Position numbers and translations under genes: made by a program
IMG/VR virus record: IMGVR_UViG_3300033067_001119
Location: 1-64,000 of that record
Length of the DNA: 64,000 nt
Source of the DNA: a virus
Lineage: Duplodnaviria > Caudoviricetes
Reading direction: 5' to 3' (one strand)
Notes under the pieces: generated by a model
What the model saw: only the letters and a program-made list of their open reading frames with translations
Told to the model about the DNA's origin: nothing
The model's database searches: none
In this document: piece after piece, positions 28,093 through 37,012 of the stretch
Numbering within the stretch: the first letter of the stretch is position 1
Layout: each line of letters starts with the position of its first letter

Positions 28093-28367
28093 TTTGCCCT
28101 CGCGATCTTGTCGCTGTTGCGCTTTTGAGCCGTGAGGTTCACGCCGCCAACATCAGGACGAACAGTCACCACGGTGTTTCCGCTGATCTCGAAGCGGACG
28201 CCCTCCGAGCGGAGCGTGACAGCCCCGTAGGCTGCTGGCCATGCACACAGATCAGCGATGTGGCTGCGGACGATCTCGACGTTGAGGCCCATGGCCCGTT
28301 CCATGTAGCGCAAAACGGCGTGGTCGCTTACTCGAACAGGCTCCTTGGAAAGTGATGCAATCTTCAT
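28080..28367 (-). CDS. Conserved phage hypothetical protein
   Basis: VSDHAVLRYMER motif. Confidence 0.65.
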   Translation of the reverse strand: MKIASLSKEPVRVSDHAVLRYMERAMGLNVEIVRSHIADLCAWPAAYGAVTLRSEGVRFEISGNTVVTVRPDVGGVNLTAQKRNSDKIARAKCSS

Positions 28368-28447
28368 GGCCTCCCTCCCTGCCGGGGATCAGTCTTCCAT
28401 AGGTTGCGCTGCGTCGTCTAGTGTTTCACCTGTTCGACGCGTATGGA

Positions 28448-28654
28448 TTAGGCGGCCTCGTATCGTTTGGACGATTTGTTGTATTCGATAGCGTTCGGGT
28501 GTGCGGCCTGGAACATCGCGAGGTCGGCGGATGCCTGTGGCGTTGAGATGCCGAACTTCCGCTCTATGTGCTCCCGGTTGATAAAGCCAAACACGCGGAC
28601 GGTCTCGCCGATCCACTCCTGACGCTGCCGGACGAACCAATTGCACTCGCTCAC
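28448..28654 (-). CDS. Stand-alone CapW/BrxR-like winged-helix domain
   Basis: INREHIERKFGISTPQASADL...NAIEYNKSSKRY; AGGAG RBS. Confidence 0.75.
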   Translation of the reverse strand: MSECNWFVRQRQEWIGETVRVFGFINREHIERKFGISTPQASADLAMFQAAHPNAIEYNKSSKRYEAA

Positions 28655-28681
28655 GCCAGAATCTCCTCTGCGCGGCAGCCG

Positions 28682-28807
28682 GCCAGGTTCCCGGATGGAA
28701 CGCTTGAACGCATAGACGCAGCCTTAGAGGATGGCGAGAAACGGTCGGATCTCGTCCGGGAAGCCGTAGAGAGAGAGCTAAAACGGCGAGAACGACTCAC
28801 GCGCTAA
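28682..28807 (+). pseudogene. Ribbon-helix-helix gene remnant lacking its start
   Basis: ARFPDGTLERIDAAL...RSDLVREAVERELKRRE; no plausible nearby start. Confidence 0.5.
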
Positions 28808-28979
28808 CCTTTCCCTTCCTTGCCGCATGTGCGGGGCTCCCACCCGCTGCGACGGTTGCCTTCTGCCTTGGCAGAATCTCGCCGTCTCTTTCGGATCAGA
28901 GCGTTTCGTCGTCCGACCGACGCCCGGTGCCTACGCGCAGGCATTCGGGGACTTCAAACCTTTTCCTTCTGCGCCGTGA

Positions 28980-29255
28980 CTAAAAGCTACCGTCCAATGC
29001 CCGTTCAACGCGCTTTAGATAGCCAAGGAACATCTGCTCGACTGGCGTTATGTCCTTGTTCTTGAGGTCAACAATCGCCCTACGGGTCTCCTCGTAGACG
29101 GCGGCCCGCCAACAGTGACTTGTAGCGAACTTGCGGGTGCAGGGGACCGGAGCATCGTCCGGGTGGCATGTGCATGTGCGGCTGTCCGCTTTGGCTTCCT
29201 TGGCTTGATCCGGCCGGGGGCCAGAACCATCCATTTCGCCCGCATAATGTCCCAT
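28980..29255 (-). CDS. Hypothetical accessory protein
   Basis: TAATG coupling; CTCH motif. Confidence 0.55.
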   Translation of the reverse strand: MGHYAGEMDGSGPRPDQAKEAKADSRTCTCHPDDAPVPCTRKFATSHCWRAAVYEETRRAIVDLKNKDITPVEQMFLGYLKRVERALDGSF

Positions 29256-29440
29256 TAAACCTTTTCCTTCTGCGGTGGCTGGGCGCATGGCTCGATACCC
29301 CAGACCTTCAGGCAGTGCTCCAGCGGGTAGTAATACTCCAGCTTCATCTTGGCCTCATCGACCGCTCCGGCGCGATGCAGTGTTCTGAGGTAGCTCTTAA
29401 CTGCCCACCAGATGTCGGCATCGACCTCGACATTTGCCAT
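29255..29440 (-). CDS. Hypothetical accessory protein
   Basis: Coupled small ORF. Confidence 0.5.
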   Translation of the reverse strand: MANVEVDADIWWAVKSYLRTLHRAGAVDEAKMKLEYYYPLEHCLKVWGIEPCAQPPQKEKV

Positions 29441-29808
29441 CAGCCCTCACCCTTCCTGAACTCGTCTACAGCCTTCTGGGCGAGCCCACGAGCGTCGTTG
29501 TAGCCAGCGGCGATCTTCTCCAGCACAGCGAAAAAACCGCGCCCATGGACCTCGTAGCGGCGCTGACGCCATGCCTCGTTGTAGCGGCGCTCTGCGGCGT
29601 CGCTTTTCTCCTTCACCCGGGCGGGGTCGTGGTGCTTGCAGTAGGCCTTGTCCGGGCCCCAGCCGCGCAGCTTGCTGCACTGGCGAGGCAGCTCCCGAGA
29701 GCGCACCACAGTGGCGCAACACCGGCGATAGTCCGGCGATGCACCAATGGGATCGGCCGCCCAGATGCCGTAGCCCTTAAGATACAGCCGGTTTTCCTGC
29801 TCGCTCAT
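29440..29808 (-). CDS. Hypothetical Cys/His protein
   Basis: RCC...QC...YCKHHDP. Confidence 0.6.
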   Translation of the reverse strand: MSEQENRLYLKGYGIWAADPIGASPDYRRCCATVVRSRELPRQCSKLRGWGPDKAYCKHHDPARVKEKSDAAERRYNEAWRQRRYEVHGRGFFAVLEKIAAGYNDARGLAQKAVDEFRKGEG

Positions 29809-29996
29809 GGCCGATCACCTAGAGCCAAGTTGAGCAAGCGAACAGCCTCTGCGATCTGGGAGTATTCTCGCTGATGCCGAAGGATTATCTCCAGCGGCCA
29901 GCCCTCGGAAAACTCAATCTTCAAAGCATGTGGCCAGCCCTCGGAGCCATTGCCAGAGCGCTTTTCGTATAGCTCGATGCCTGTCACCCGCTTCAT
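29805..29996 (-). CDS. Hypothetical accessory protein
   Basis: Coupled small ORF. Confidence 0.5.
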   Translation of the reverse strand: MKRVTGIELYEKRSGNGSEGWPHALKIEFSEGWPLEIILRHQREYSQIAEAVRLLNLALGDRP

Positions 29997-29997
29997 C

Positions 29998-30276
29998 TCA
30001 CTTCCCGAAGCTGTCGCCGCTGTCGCCCCACGTCGGCACGTTCATCGTGGCCATCTCGACGCCCTCCCACGGATCAAGACCGTGGGCGCTGCGCCACTGC
30101 TGGCGCATCAGGCGGGCGCGCTCAACGGTGTAGGAGACTGATTCGCGGATGTAGTTCGGGGGCGGGTTCGGCCCACCCCACTCGCGGGCCGCGCGCAGAT
30201 CGGCGGCCTCCACGACCATGGCGTGGTCGATCTCGCCGGTTGATTCGTTGATCAGGAGGTCCATGGGGGATGGCAT
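29998..30276 (-). CDS. Hypothetical accessory protein
   Basis: Coupled small ORF. Confidence 0.55.
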   Translation of the reverse strand: MPSPMDLLINESTGEIDHAMVVEAADLRAAREWGGPNPPPNYIRESVSYTVERARLMRQQWRSAHGLDPWEGVEMATMNVPTWGDSGDSFGK

Positions 30277-30539
30277 CAGATCACCCCCGCGGCGGCGTAG
30301 AAGGCGTGGCTGTAGCTGATGCGGCCCCAGCTCGGGTGGTCGGAGAACGCATTCACGGGGCTCTGGCCCTCGTACAGGGGCTCCTCCTGCACATACTCGA
30401 TAACCGCCGAATCATCATTGCGAACGATCAGGCGCGCCAACGTGGTGATGCGATAGAAGGCACGACCTGCCTCGGCGGAGCGCTCGTAGTTGTTGACGCC
30501 CGAGAGGTATAGCGGCTTGGTGTGCAACAGTTTGGCCAT
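30276..30539 (-). CDS. Hypothetical accessory protein
   Basis: First gene behind the repeated promoter; GGAG RBS. Confidence 0.6.
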   Translation of the reverse strand: MAKLLHTKPLYLSGVNNYERSAEAGRAFYRITTLARLIVRNDDSAVIEYVQEEPLYEGQSPVNAFSDHPSWGRISYSHAFYAAAGVI

Positions 30540-30552
30540 TGACGATCTCCGT

Positions 30553-30617
30553 GAGCCCCAATGGCTCGACCCGCACCTTATCGCACATCCCGGAGCGCCG
30601 GTCAACAGGATGTTTAC
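30553..30617 (-). promoter_or_regulatory. Repeated operator/promoter/hairpin element, copy 1
   Basis: GTAAAC-N5-GTTGAC, 33 nt, then GAGCCATTGGGGCTC. Confidence 0.85.
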
Positions 30618-33121
30618 GCTGCCCTCCGCTTCCGTGCCCCCGGGTACAGGTTCTTCGGCACCGGCTTGTGCTTGGCGCGCTCGGTCTCCTCGTAGCGGAT
30701 TTCGCTGTCGTTGCGCAGCAGGCCGAGGTCCCGCAGGTGCTTGATGCCCTGCGTCATGGCGTCCGTCAGATCGTCGTGCTTGCCCTTGGGGAAGATCGCC
30801 ATTTCGTCGATCAGGTCCTGCCCCCACTGCCGGAGCGGAAAGGGGATGTAGACCAGCTCTTGGCTGAACGCTGGCTGCACCGACTGCGCCCGCGCCCACT
30901 TGTCGCCCCTGGGCTCGATCAGCTGCACTGCCCAGCCTGCGTGCGGGTGCGAATTGGCCAACGACTGTGCGGCCGAGATGCCCGCCGACTTGTTCTCGAT
31001 CAGGAGCCGATCCGCCTTGCGCCGGGTGCAGGTGTCGGCCAGCCACTCCACAAGCCCCCAGCTGCGCATCTGGCGCTCGCGGAACGCAATCGCCTTCTCG
31101 CCCGGCTGCAGGGTGATCTTGGGCCCCGAGAACTTCAGGATGCGCCGCCACGCCTCGATCACCATGACGCGATTGTAGCCCTCCTCGTTCTGGAAGATGC
31201 CAAGGCAGACCGCCGCGCTCGGGTCGCTGTTCTCCTTCTGCCCGTAGGCCGAATCAACCGACACCACGACGTAGCTGAAGATCGGGAATTTGCCGTCTGC
31301 CGGGCTCCACGGCTGCCACCACTCGCGCTCGAAGATCGAGCCGCCGCGGGTCTCTGGCGTCTGCTGGTACTGGGAGTTGGACGATGCTAGCCCCCAGACC
31401 ACATAATTGCCGGTCGTGGTGGTTAGGCCGTAGACCTCCTCAGTCGCGTCCGGCTCAATCGATATTACCCGCTCCCGGCCGGTGAACATGCGCGAGTTGA
31501 TCGCACTCTCGATGATCCGGTCGCGCCATTTTGTGGGCTGCACCTGATGCAGAAAACGCTGATACAGAGACAACATGGAAGACCGGCCAGTTGGGCCAGC
31601 TTTGAGCCAATAGGAACGCACCGGCGCATGCCCTTTTGCCCTCTGCCGGTGGCGCATCCCATAATCGAGCCCCAACAGGCTCAAATTAGCCTCCAGCTTC
31701 TCGCACAGGGGCAAATTCTTGCCTGCAGACTGGGTAAATGAGATCAGAGCGCTGGCGCTATTATGTTCGCGGCGCAGGTTGAGAGAAACGGTACCCTCAC
31801 CATCAAAGAACCCAGCCAACCAACCTGCCGCCCGAACCTCGTCTGGGGCCAGCTGCGGTATTGCTGGCGGGCATACTCGACGCAACTCACCGCCAATCCA
31901 TGCTGGGGCATAGGGGGGATGAGCGGCATCATTGCGCCCGGTCCACCACCTATGGTTCGCGGTGCAGCGGATTGTTCGACCGCTGTCGAATGTGACCTTG
32001 ACGCAAGGCTGGAGTGATTTGTGGACATCCAGAACGGTGGCCTCTTGGTATCGAGCGCGCCGCCTGTTGTCACCGATCCTGAACCCCACAATCTTGTCCC
32101 CCGGCACAACGGTGCCGATGGGCCTCATTGACAGATCGGCCATCAAGATCGGGGCTTCATACGGGTTGCAAGCCCAAGCGAACTTGCTCGCGTCGGACTT
32201 CATGGTCGGGATGATGTGCTCCGGGAAGCGCTCCGGCCACGCCAGCTCACCGTCGCAGTCCTGCGGGCGTGGCTTCCAGCGGGGATCGACCCAGCCGATG
32301 CTGGTGGCGAGCGGCTGCCCGTTGTCGTCGGCCTGCCAGACGTACTCCATCGGGATCAGCAGGTGGCACCAGCCATCCATCGAGCTAATGATCTCGCCGG
32401 AGACGTCCTCCTCGTTCACCCGCTGCATGATGACGACCTTCGCGCCGGTCTCCATGTTGTTGAGGCGGGACGACAGTGATTCGCGGAACCAGCGGATGGT
32501 CTCCTGCCGGACTGCCTTGGACTCCGATTCCTTGACGTTGTGCGGGTCGTCGATGATGGCCCGGTCGCCGCGCTCGCCGGTGCCGACGCCGCCAACCGAG
32601 GAGGCCAGCTTCCAGCCGTGCCGCATGTTGGTGACCTTGGTCTCGCCGACCTTCCGCAGCTGGACGCGGTCGCCGTACATTTCCTGATATTCCGGGCAGG
32701 TCAGCAGGTCCTTGAAGCGACCGTTGTCGCGCTCCGTCAGCATCGAGGAGTAGCTGAAGGTCACATAGCGGATGTGAGGCTTGTTCATCGGGCCCCACTC
32801 CCACGCGGGCCAGAAGACGTCCGTCAGCAGGCTCTTCATGAAGCCCGGCGGGACGTTGATCAGGAGCTTGGTGATCTCCCCGAAGGTGACCGCCTCAAGG
32901 TGCTCGCAGATCGCTTCCAGAGCCCACCCATCGACAAACTTGGTCCCCGGCTCCAGAACTGACCAGAAGTAGCGGACGAACTCCAGCAGGCCTCCCCGCC
33001 ATACGCCATCGGCATCCCGGTATCCGCGCCGCTGCTGCAGCTTCTTGGCCTGCCGACGACGCATCACGGCCATCAGCTTGGCAAACTCGGCGTGCTCAGG
33101 CTGGGAGAGCGGCTGATTCAC
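30614..33121 (-). CDS. terL: Terminase large subunit (intein-containing)
   Basis: LLINVPPGFMKS, IIDDPHN, VVSVDSAY, IENKSAG, HDDLTDA. Confidence 0.95.
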   Translation of the reverse strand: MNQPLSQPEHAEFAKLMAVMRRRQAKKLQQRRGYRDADGVWRGGLLEFVRYFWSVLEPGTKFVDGWALEAICEHLEAVTFGEITKLLINVPPGFMKSLLTDVFWPAWEWGPMNKPHIRYVTFSYSSMLTERDNGRFKDLLTCPEYQEMYGDRVQLRKVGETKVTNMRHGWKLASSVGGVGTGERGDRAIIDDPHNVKESESKAVRQETIRWFRESLSSRLNNMETGAKVVIMQRVNEEDVSGEIISSMDGWCHLLIPMEYVWQADDNGQPLATSIGWVDPRWKPRPQDCDGELAWPERFPEHIIPTMKSDASKFAWACNPYEAPILMADLSMRPIGTVVPGDKIVGFRIGDNRRRARYQEATVLDVHKSLQPCVKVTFDSGRTIRCTANHRWWTGRNDAAHPPYAPAWIGGELRRVCPPAIPQLAPDEVRAAGWLAGFFDGEGTVSLNLRREHNSASALISFTQSAGKNLPLCEKLEANLSLLGLDYGMRHRQRAKGHAPVRSYWLKAGPTGRSSMLSLYQRFLHQVQPTKWRDRIIESAINSRMFTGRERVISIEPDATEEVYGLTTTTGNYVVWGLASSNSQYQQTPETRGGSIFEREWWQPWSPADGKFPIFSYVVVSVDSAYGQKENSDPSAAVCLGIFQNEEGYNRVMVIEAWRRILKFSGPKITLQPGEKAIAFRERQMRSWGLVEWLADTCTRRKADRLLIENKSAGISAAQSLANSHPHAGWAVQLIEPRGDKWARAQSVQPAFSQELVYIPFPLRQWGQDLIDEMAIFPKGKHDDLTDAMTQGIKHLRDLGLLRNDSEIRYEETERAKHKPVPKNLYPGARKRRAA
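31376..32170 (-). mobile_element. 265-aa intein with LAGLIDADG endonuclease in terL
   Basis: FAWA|CNPYEAPILMAD...CTANHRW...GWLAGFFDGEG...VYGLTTTTGNYVVWGLASSN|SQYQQ. Confidence 0.9.
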
Positions 33122-33370
33122 CAGTACCGCCTCGGCGGGGGAAGGTCGACGCGCTCAGCCGGGCCCGTCCAGCCGCAGCAGCAGGACACCGCCATCCAGA
33201 TCAGTGGCCAGTAATCCCGCTTGGTCCGATATACAGGCGGGCTGGAAGTCCAGTAGGCGCGCGGGTCGACATAGGCGTATGCGATGCGCTCGACGCCTTT
33301 GACGATGAGGTTCTCGGCCTGCACGACCATCTCCAAAGCACCAGCACGGTGCCGCTCGAATATACAGCAC

Positions 33371-33393
33371 AAAAAAGACCCCGCAAGCGGGGT
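33371..33393 (-). terminator. Rho-independent terminator
   Basis: ACCCCG-CTTG-CGGGGT followed by CTTTTTT. Confidence 0.75.
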
Positions 33394-33442
33394 GCGCTCA
33401 CGGGGCCAATCCCTCTGGGGTTGCGCCGTTGCGAGGGTCAGT

Positions 33443-33694
33443 TCAGGCGGCCTCTTTGGCCTTAGCCTCTTTTGACCGCGCCTTCTTGGCGCTGCTCTTG
33501 ATCTCCTCAAAGCTGTCGCCGCCGCTGACAGCGCCAGCCGAGGCCAGCGTCTCCTGCTGGGCGTTGACGTGCTCCTCGGCCTCCCGGATCACCTCCGCCA
33601 TCCGCATGCGCTGGGACGGGGTAATGACACCCTCGCCAATCGCATCGATCAGCTTCTGCAGGAACTCTTCCGAATCAATCCAGCGCTTGGTCAT
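33443..33694 (-). CDS. Hypothetical protein
   Basis: 83 aa with RBS. Confidence 0.6.
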   Translation of the reverse strand: MTKRWIDSEEFLQKLIDAIGEGVITPSQRMRMAEVIREAEEHVNAQQETLASAGAVSGGDSFEEIKSSAKKARSKEAKAKEAA

Positions 33695-33767
33695 GGGTCT
33701 CTCCTCAGTCGTTGCAGCGTTTCGTAGCAGTACAACGCCAACGCGGCAGCAAGGCAGGCGGTTCCCA

Positions 33768-33944
33768 TCACGTCCGACCCATTACGCGATTGCGGCGTGC
33801 GCCACGGTAGGTCTCTGCCGCGCGAGGTTGTCTGCGCGGAGATTTGATGGCCGAGCCTGCCGCCTTGATGCGTCGCCCAGATGCCTCAATCTGGTTGATC
33901 AGATCAATATCAAGACGCCGCTGAAGTGTTCTCGCGTAGCTCAT
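33768..33944 (-). CDS. Small basic protein
   Basis: ATGA overlap with the terS stop; ETYRGARRN. Confidence 0.5.
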   Translation of the reverse strand: MSYARTLQRRLDIDLINQIEASGRRIKAAGSAIKSPRRQPRAAETYRGARRNRVMGRT

Positions 33945-34507
33945 TCGACCTCCTCATCTTCCCGTTTGCTCAAATCCTCAATCGCCTTCACCGCCGGTTC
34001 CGGCAGCCCGAGCTGCAGCGCCATCTCCACCAGCTTGGCGTTCAGCTCCTCGTCCGTCATGCGGGCAAAGTCGCCGGGCCCGCCAACCTCCGTCCGCTGC
34101 ACGAACATGCCGATATCCTGCCCGATCAGGTGCAGCCCACGCAGTGCCGACTGCCTATCCGGGCGGTACACTTGATTACCGTTTGCGTCGAGTAACGGGT
34201 CACCGTTCCGTTTGTATACCGGGTCTCCCCTCATTGCTGAGGCTACTGTTCCTCTGAGGTACTGGAGAACGAAGGCTCTATCCATTGCCTCGTGTTTTAC
34301 TGCTCTATTTGCAGCTTGGCGGCGTACTTCTTCGCGTTCTGCTTGGATTTCCTCGATGCGTCCGGCTATATCGGGTCTGGAGAAGAAGCGGCTTGCTGCA
34401 CCTGCGTTGTACTTGAGGCCCATGCCTTCGTAGGCTTCCTGCTGGGTGGCTCCGTTGGCACGAGCGACAGCAGCGATCTCCCAGTGTGTGCGCTTTAGTA
34501 CAGGCAT
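33941..34507 (-). CDS. terS: Terminase small subunit
   Basis: AASRFFSRPDIAGRIEEI, LIGQDIGMF, MTDEEL; upstream of terL. Confidence 0.75.
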   Translation of the reverse strand: MPVLKRTHWEIAAVARANGATQQEAYEGMGLKYNAGAASRFFSRPDIAGRIEEIQAEREEVRRQAANRAVKHEAMDRAFVLQYLRGTVASAMRGDPVYKRNGDPLLDANGNQVYRPDRQSALRGLHLIGQDIGMFVQRTEVGGPGDFARMTDEELNAKLVEMALQLGLPEPAVKAIEDLSKREDEEVE

Positions 34508-34546
34508 GGGGGTACTTAACATTGTGGTAAGTCAAACGGTAGGGGG

Positions 34547-34645
34547 TCATGCCCGGATTGTCAGGAACAGGGTGGCTGCCATCAGGACGATGGTGAGCAC
34601 CCCACAGGCCATGAAACCATACCGGCAGAAGTCGATCAGGGTCAT
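34547..34645 (-). CDS. 32-aa single-TM peptide
   Basis: Overlaps the ParB stop; hydrophobic. Confidence 0.45.
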   Translation of the reverse strand: MTLIDFCRYGFMACGVLTIVLMAATLFLTIRA

Positions 34646-35196
34646 AGATTGTGCCCTATCTTGGCTGCATCCAGCGCCTTGGCGATGACTTTCCGGGCCT
34701 TCACCAGCTCCTCATTCTTGACGCTGATGAAGATGGTGGTCTTGGAGCGGTTAGGCCTTGGGGCGGCCGGGACGACCTCCTCAATGTCGGGCAGCTCGAT
34801 GTTGTCGAGGCCAAGGGGCTCCAACGGAAAGTCCAGAGACCGCAGGGTGGCCAGCTCCGCCTCCAGCAGATCGACGTCCCAGCCGGTGCCAGACTGGGCG
34901 ATGGAGTTGTCGGCGATCCGCAGGGCCCGCGCCTGCTCGGGGGTCAGGTGCTTCAGCCTGATGACAGGGACCTCCTCCAGACCCAGCGCCTCGGCCGCCA
35001 GCAGCCTGCCGTGACCGGCTATCACCGTGCCCTGCTCATCAACAAGGATGGGATTGACGAAGCCGAACTGGCTCATCGACGACTGCAGCATCGCCACCTG
35101 CTCGGGCGAATGGGTCTTGGCATTGCTCGGGTAGGGGTTGACGCTCTCGATGCCAACCATCTCCACCTTGATCGCACTATCGCTTTTTCTTGCCAT
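34642..35196 (-). CDS. ParB N-terminal-like domain protein
   Basis: PYPSNAKTHS, FGFVNPILVD, IAGHGRLLAA. Confidence 0.85.
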   Translation of the reverse strand: MARKSDSAIKVEMVGIESVNPYPSNAKTHSPEQVAMLQSSMSQFGFVNPILVDEQGTVIAGHGRLLAAEALGLEEVPVIRLKHLTPEQARALRIADNSIAQSGTGWDVDLLEAELATLRSLDFPLEPLGLDNIELPDIEEVVPAAPRPNRSKTTIFISVKNEELVKARKVIAKALDAAKIGHNL

Positions 35197-35545
35197 GATC
35201 CCTCGGCTGCGCCGTCTCGACAGGTGGAGGCCCCGACTTGCGCAGGTTCTCGATTATCCGGACCAGACCAGCTCCCTCCATCGGAGCCCCAAAGCCGCCT
35301 CGCCCGAAAAAGGCATCCGCATTGATCTCCGCGGTCCTGCTTACGAGGTAGCCATCGACCTGCCACTCCAGCACCACCTTGACGCTGAGCGGCCAGCTCT
35401 GATCCGGGTCGTGCATCTTGGCGCGGCCGGTGTCGGATTGAGGTCCATCCATCTTCTGTCCTGTGGGGTGGATGGCGACCCGGAAAGCATCACCAAACCG
35501 GGTCGCCATGCTTGCCTGCGGGAGCGGAGCCCGAGGCAAAACCAT
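35177..35545 (-). CDS. Hypothetical protein (start uncertain)
   Basis: Open frame overlapping the ParB start. Confidence 0.4.
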   Translation of the reverse strand: MVLPRAPLPQASMATRFGDAFRVAIHPTGQKMDGPQSDTGRAKMHDPDQSWPLSVKVVLEWQVDGYLVSRTAEINADAFFGRGGFGAPMEGAGLVRIIENLRKSGPPPVETAQPRDHGKKKR

Positions 35546-35566
35546 CCTAGAGACTTACCCGAAAAA

Positions 35567-35607
35567 ATCAACCTTTTGTTGACGTCCCAAGTGTGATGTT
35601 AGCTGTA
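35567..35607 (+). promoter_or_regulatory. Antisense-oriented operator/promoter
   Basis: ATCAAC-N5-GTTGAC overlapping a TTGACG -35. Confidence 0.55.
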
Positions 35608-35703
35608 GATATGCAGCACAAGCAGCGCCGCCATGAGAACGATGACCGCAGCCGCCGTCCACAGAGCGGCCCTTGTCAATAGCGTTGCTGTAGCGTTTGG
35701 CAT
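35599..35703 (-). CDS. 34-aa hydrophobic peptide
   Basis: MPNATATLLTRAALWTAAAVIVLMAALLVLHIYS. Confidence 0.45.
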   Translation of the reverse strand: MPNATATLLTRAALWTAAAVIVLMAALLVLHIYS

Positions 35704-35854
35704 GGGTCGAGCATGTCCCGGTGTGATGAAAGGGAAAGGTTAGTGGGGGCCGGTCACAATCCAAACCAGCAGCCCGACGAACGCTATCCGCAGGCCCCAC
35801 TCGTAAAGTTTGCCGTGGGGCACGTATTCGTTTTCGTCGCGTTCAAACATTGGC

Positions 35855-36094
35855 TTACCGATCTGTTGCGAGCGAGTCAGATATTCGACGCCAGAGCTTG
35901 CCGGTTATAACCGTAGCATTTGACTGCTCATTCAGGTGAGGACTGTCGCGCACGGCTTTCAGCAGCCTTTCAAATTCCAAAATTCTTGCCGCAGCGTTCG
36001 CATGTGTAGATGTAGCCATGTATCGGCTCCTTAATGATGCCGTCCGGGTAGTCGTGGAAGTCGGCGCTGCCTTTCGACGCCTCGCAAATTGCAC
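35855..36094 (-). CDS. Hypothetical protein
   Basis: Small ORF, start uncertain. Confidence 0.4.
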   Translation of the reverse strand: MQFARRRKAAPTSTTTRTASLRSRYMATSTHANAAARILEFERLLKAVRDSPHLNEQSNATVITGKLWRRISDSLATDR

Positions 36095-36139
36095 TCTTGC
36101 TAAGGCGGGTCCACGCTAAGAGCACTGTCCATGCACGCT

Positions 36140-36346
36140 TCATGTGTCTCGCCCTTGCTGCTGAACTGCGCCGATCTTGTCCTCTAGAATCGCAAGCAAC
36201 TCGTCATAGCGGACCTGTAGCAATTCCGGGTCAGCTTGGTCGTATGGGCCGGGCAGACCACAAACCGCGCGCATGATCTCGCGAACCGGGTGGCCGGGCT
36301 TGTATAGGTTGGGTGCGTCTTGTGGATGTCTGTCATCGGCGCTCAT
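36140..36346 (-). CDS. Hypothetical protein
   Basis: Small ORF with RBS. Confidence 0.5.
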   Translation of the reverse strand: MSADDRHPQDAPNLYKPGHPVREIMRAVCGLPGPYDQADPELLQVRYDELLAILEDKIGAVQQQGRDT

Positions 36347-36362
36347 GTTCTGTCCTGCCTGT

Positions 36363-36824
36363 CTACAGGGGAATTTTCGGTGAAGCCGCGGGCTTCTGTT
36401 GTTTCAGTGCTGCCTTTTTCTCGTTCCACTCCCGGCGCTGAATTATTGCCGCGATAGCAGCGTCGAACTCCTCGCGGTGCGCTTCAATCACCCCGGCGAT
36501 GGCTTGCAGCTCGTCCTTGAGTAGCTGGCCCCGGTCTGTGCGGGCGCGCCAGTAAGCTGAACCTCGCTCCCATTCGATCTCGCGCTGCATAGCAAGGCGC
36601 GGATCGTCGTCCCACGTTCCCCATCGCTGCGCGGTATCCGAGCAGGTCATGCAGGTCAGCATGGCGCAACGCTGCTTGCCCATATCCTTTAGCCGCTGGA
36701 AAAATTCGTCGCGCGTTAAAGACTTGACCTTGGATGCGTCGTAACCGCATTCGGTTATCGCCCCATCGAGCCCGCGCCGCCACGGGAGGCTCGGCCTGAT
36801 TATGTGGTCAACCGGTTCTTTCAT
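36363..36824 (-). CDS. Hypothetical protein
   Basis: HIIRPSLPWR...TECG...CMTC; start MKEPVD. Confidence 0.6.
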   Translation of the reverse strand: MKEPVDHIIRPSLPWRRGLDGAITECGYDASKVKSLTRDEFFQRLKDMGKQRCAMLTCMTCSDTAQRWGTWDDDPRLAMQREIEWERGSAYWRARTDRGQLLKDELQAIAGVIEAHREEFDAAIAAIIQRREWNEKKAALKQQKPAASPKIPL

Positions 36825-37012
36825 GTCTTTCCCCTCCGACGCGCGACGCTCACTCCTCGTCGCCTTCAAAATTCCAATCGACGCCTTGCTCCGCACCCGG
36901 CCAGCGCGAGGCGATGAAGCCGTGAACCGCCGTTATCCCGATGAAGGGACCGTGGCGCTCGCCGTCAGGTCCGATGATGTAGCGCATCATTTGCCGTCAC
37001 CGATGGTCTGGA

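Noticed and set aside
33118-33510. 130-aa ORF upstream of terL
   Set aside because: Spans a terminator and overlaps a better ORF; only a short downstream part could be real, so it was left uncalled
34516-34530. TTAA-N7-GTAA as a CtrA box upstream of terS
   Set aside because: Single one-mismatch hit, and I saw no perfect box elsewhere by eye; needs a PWM scan
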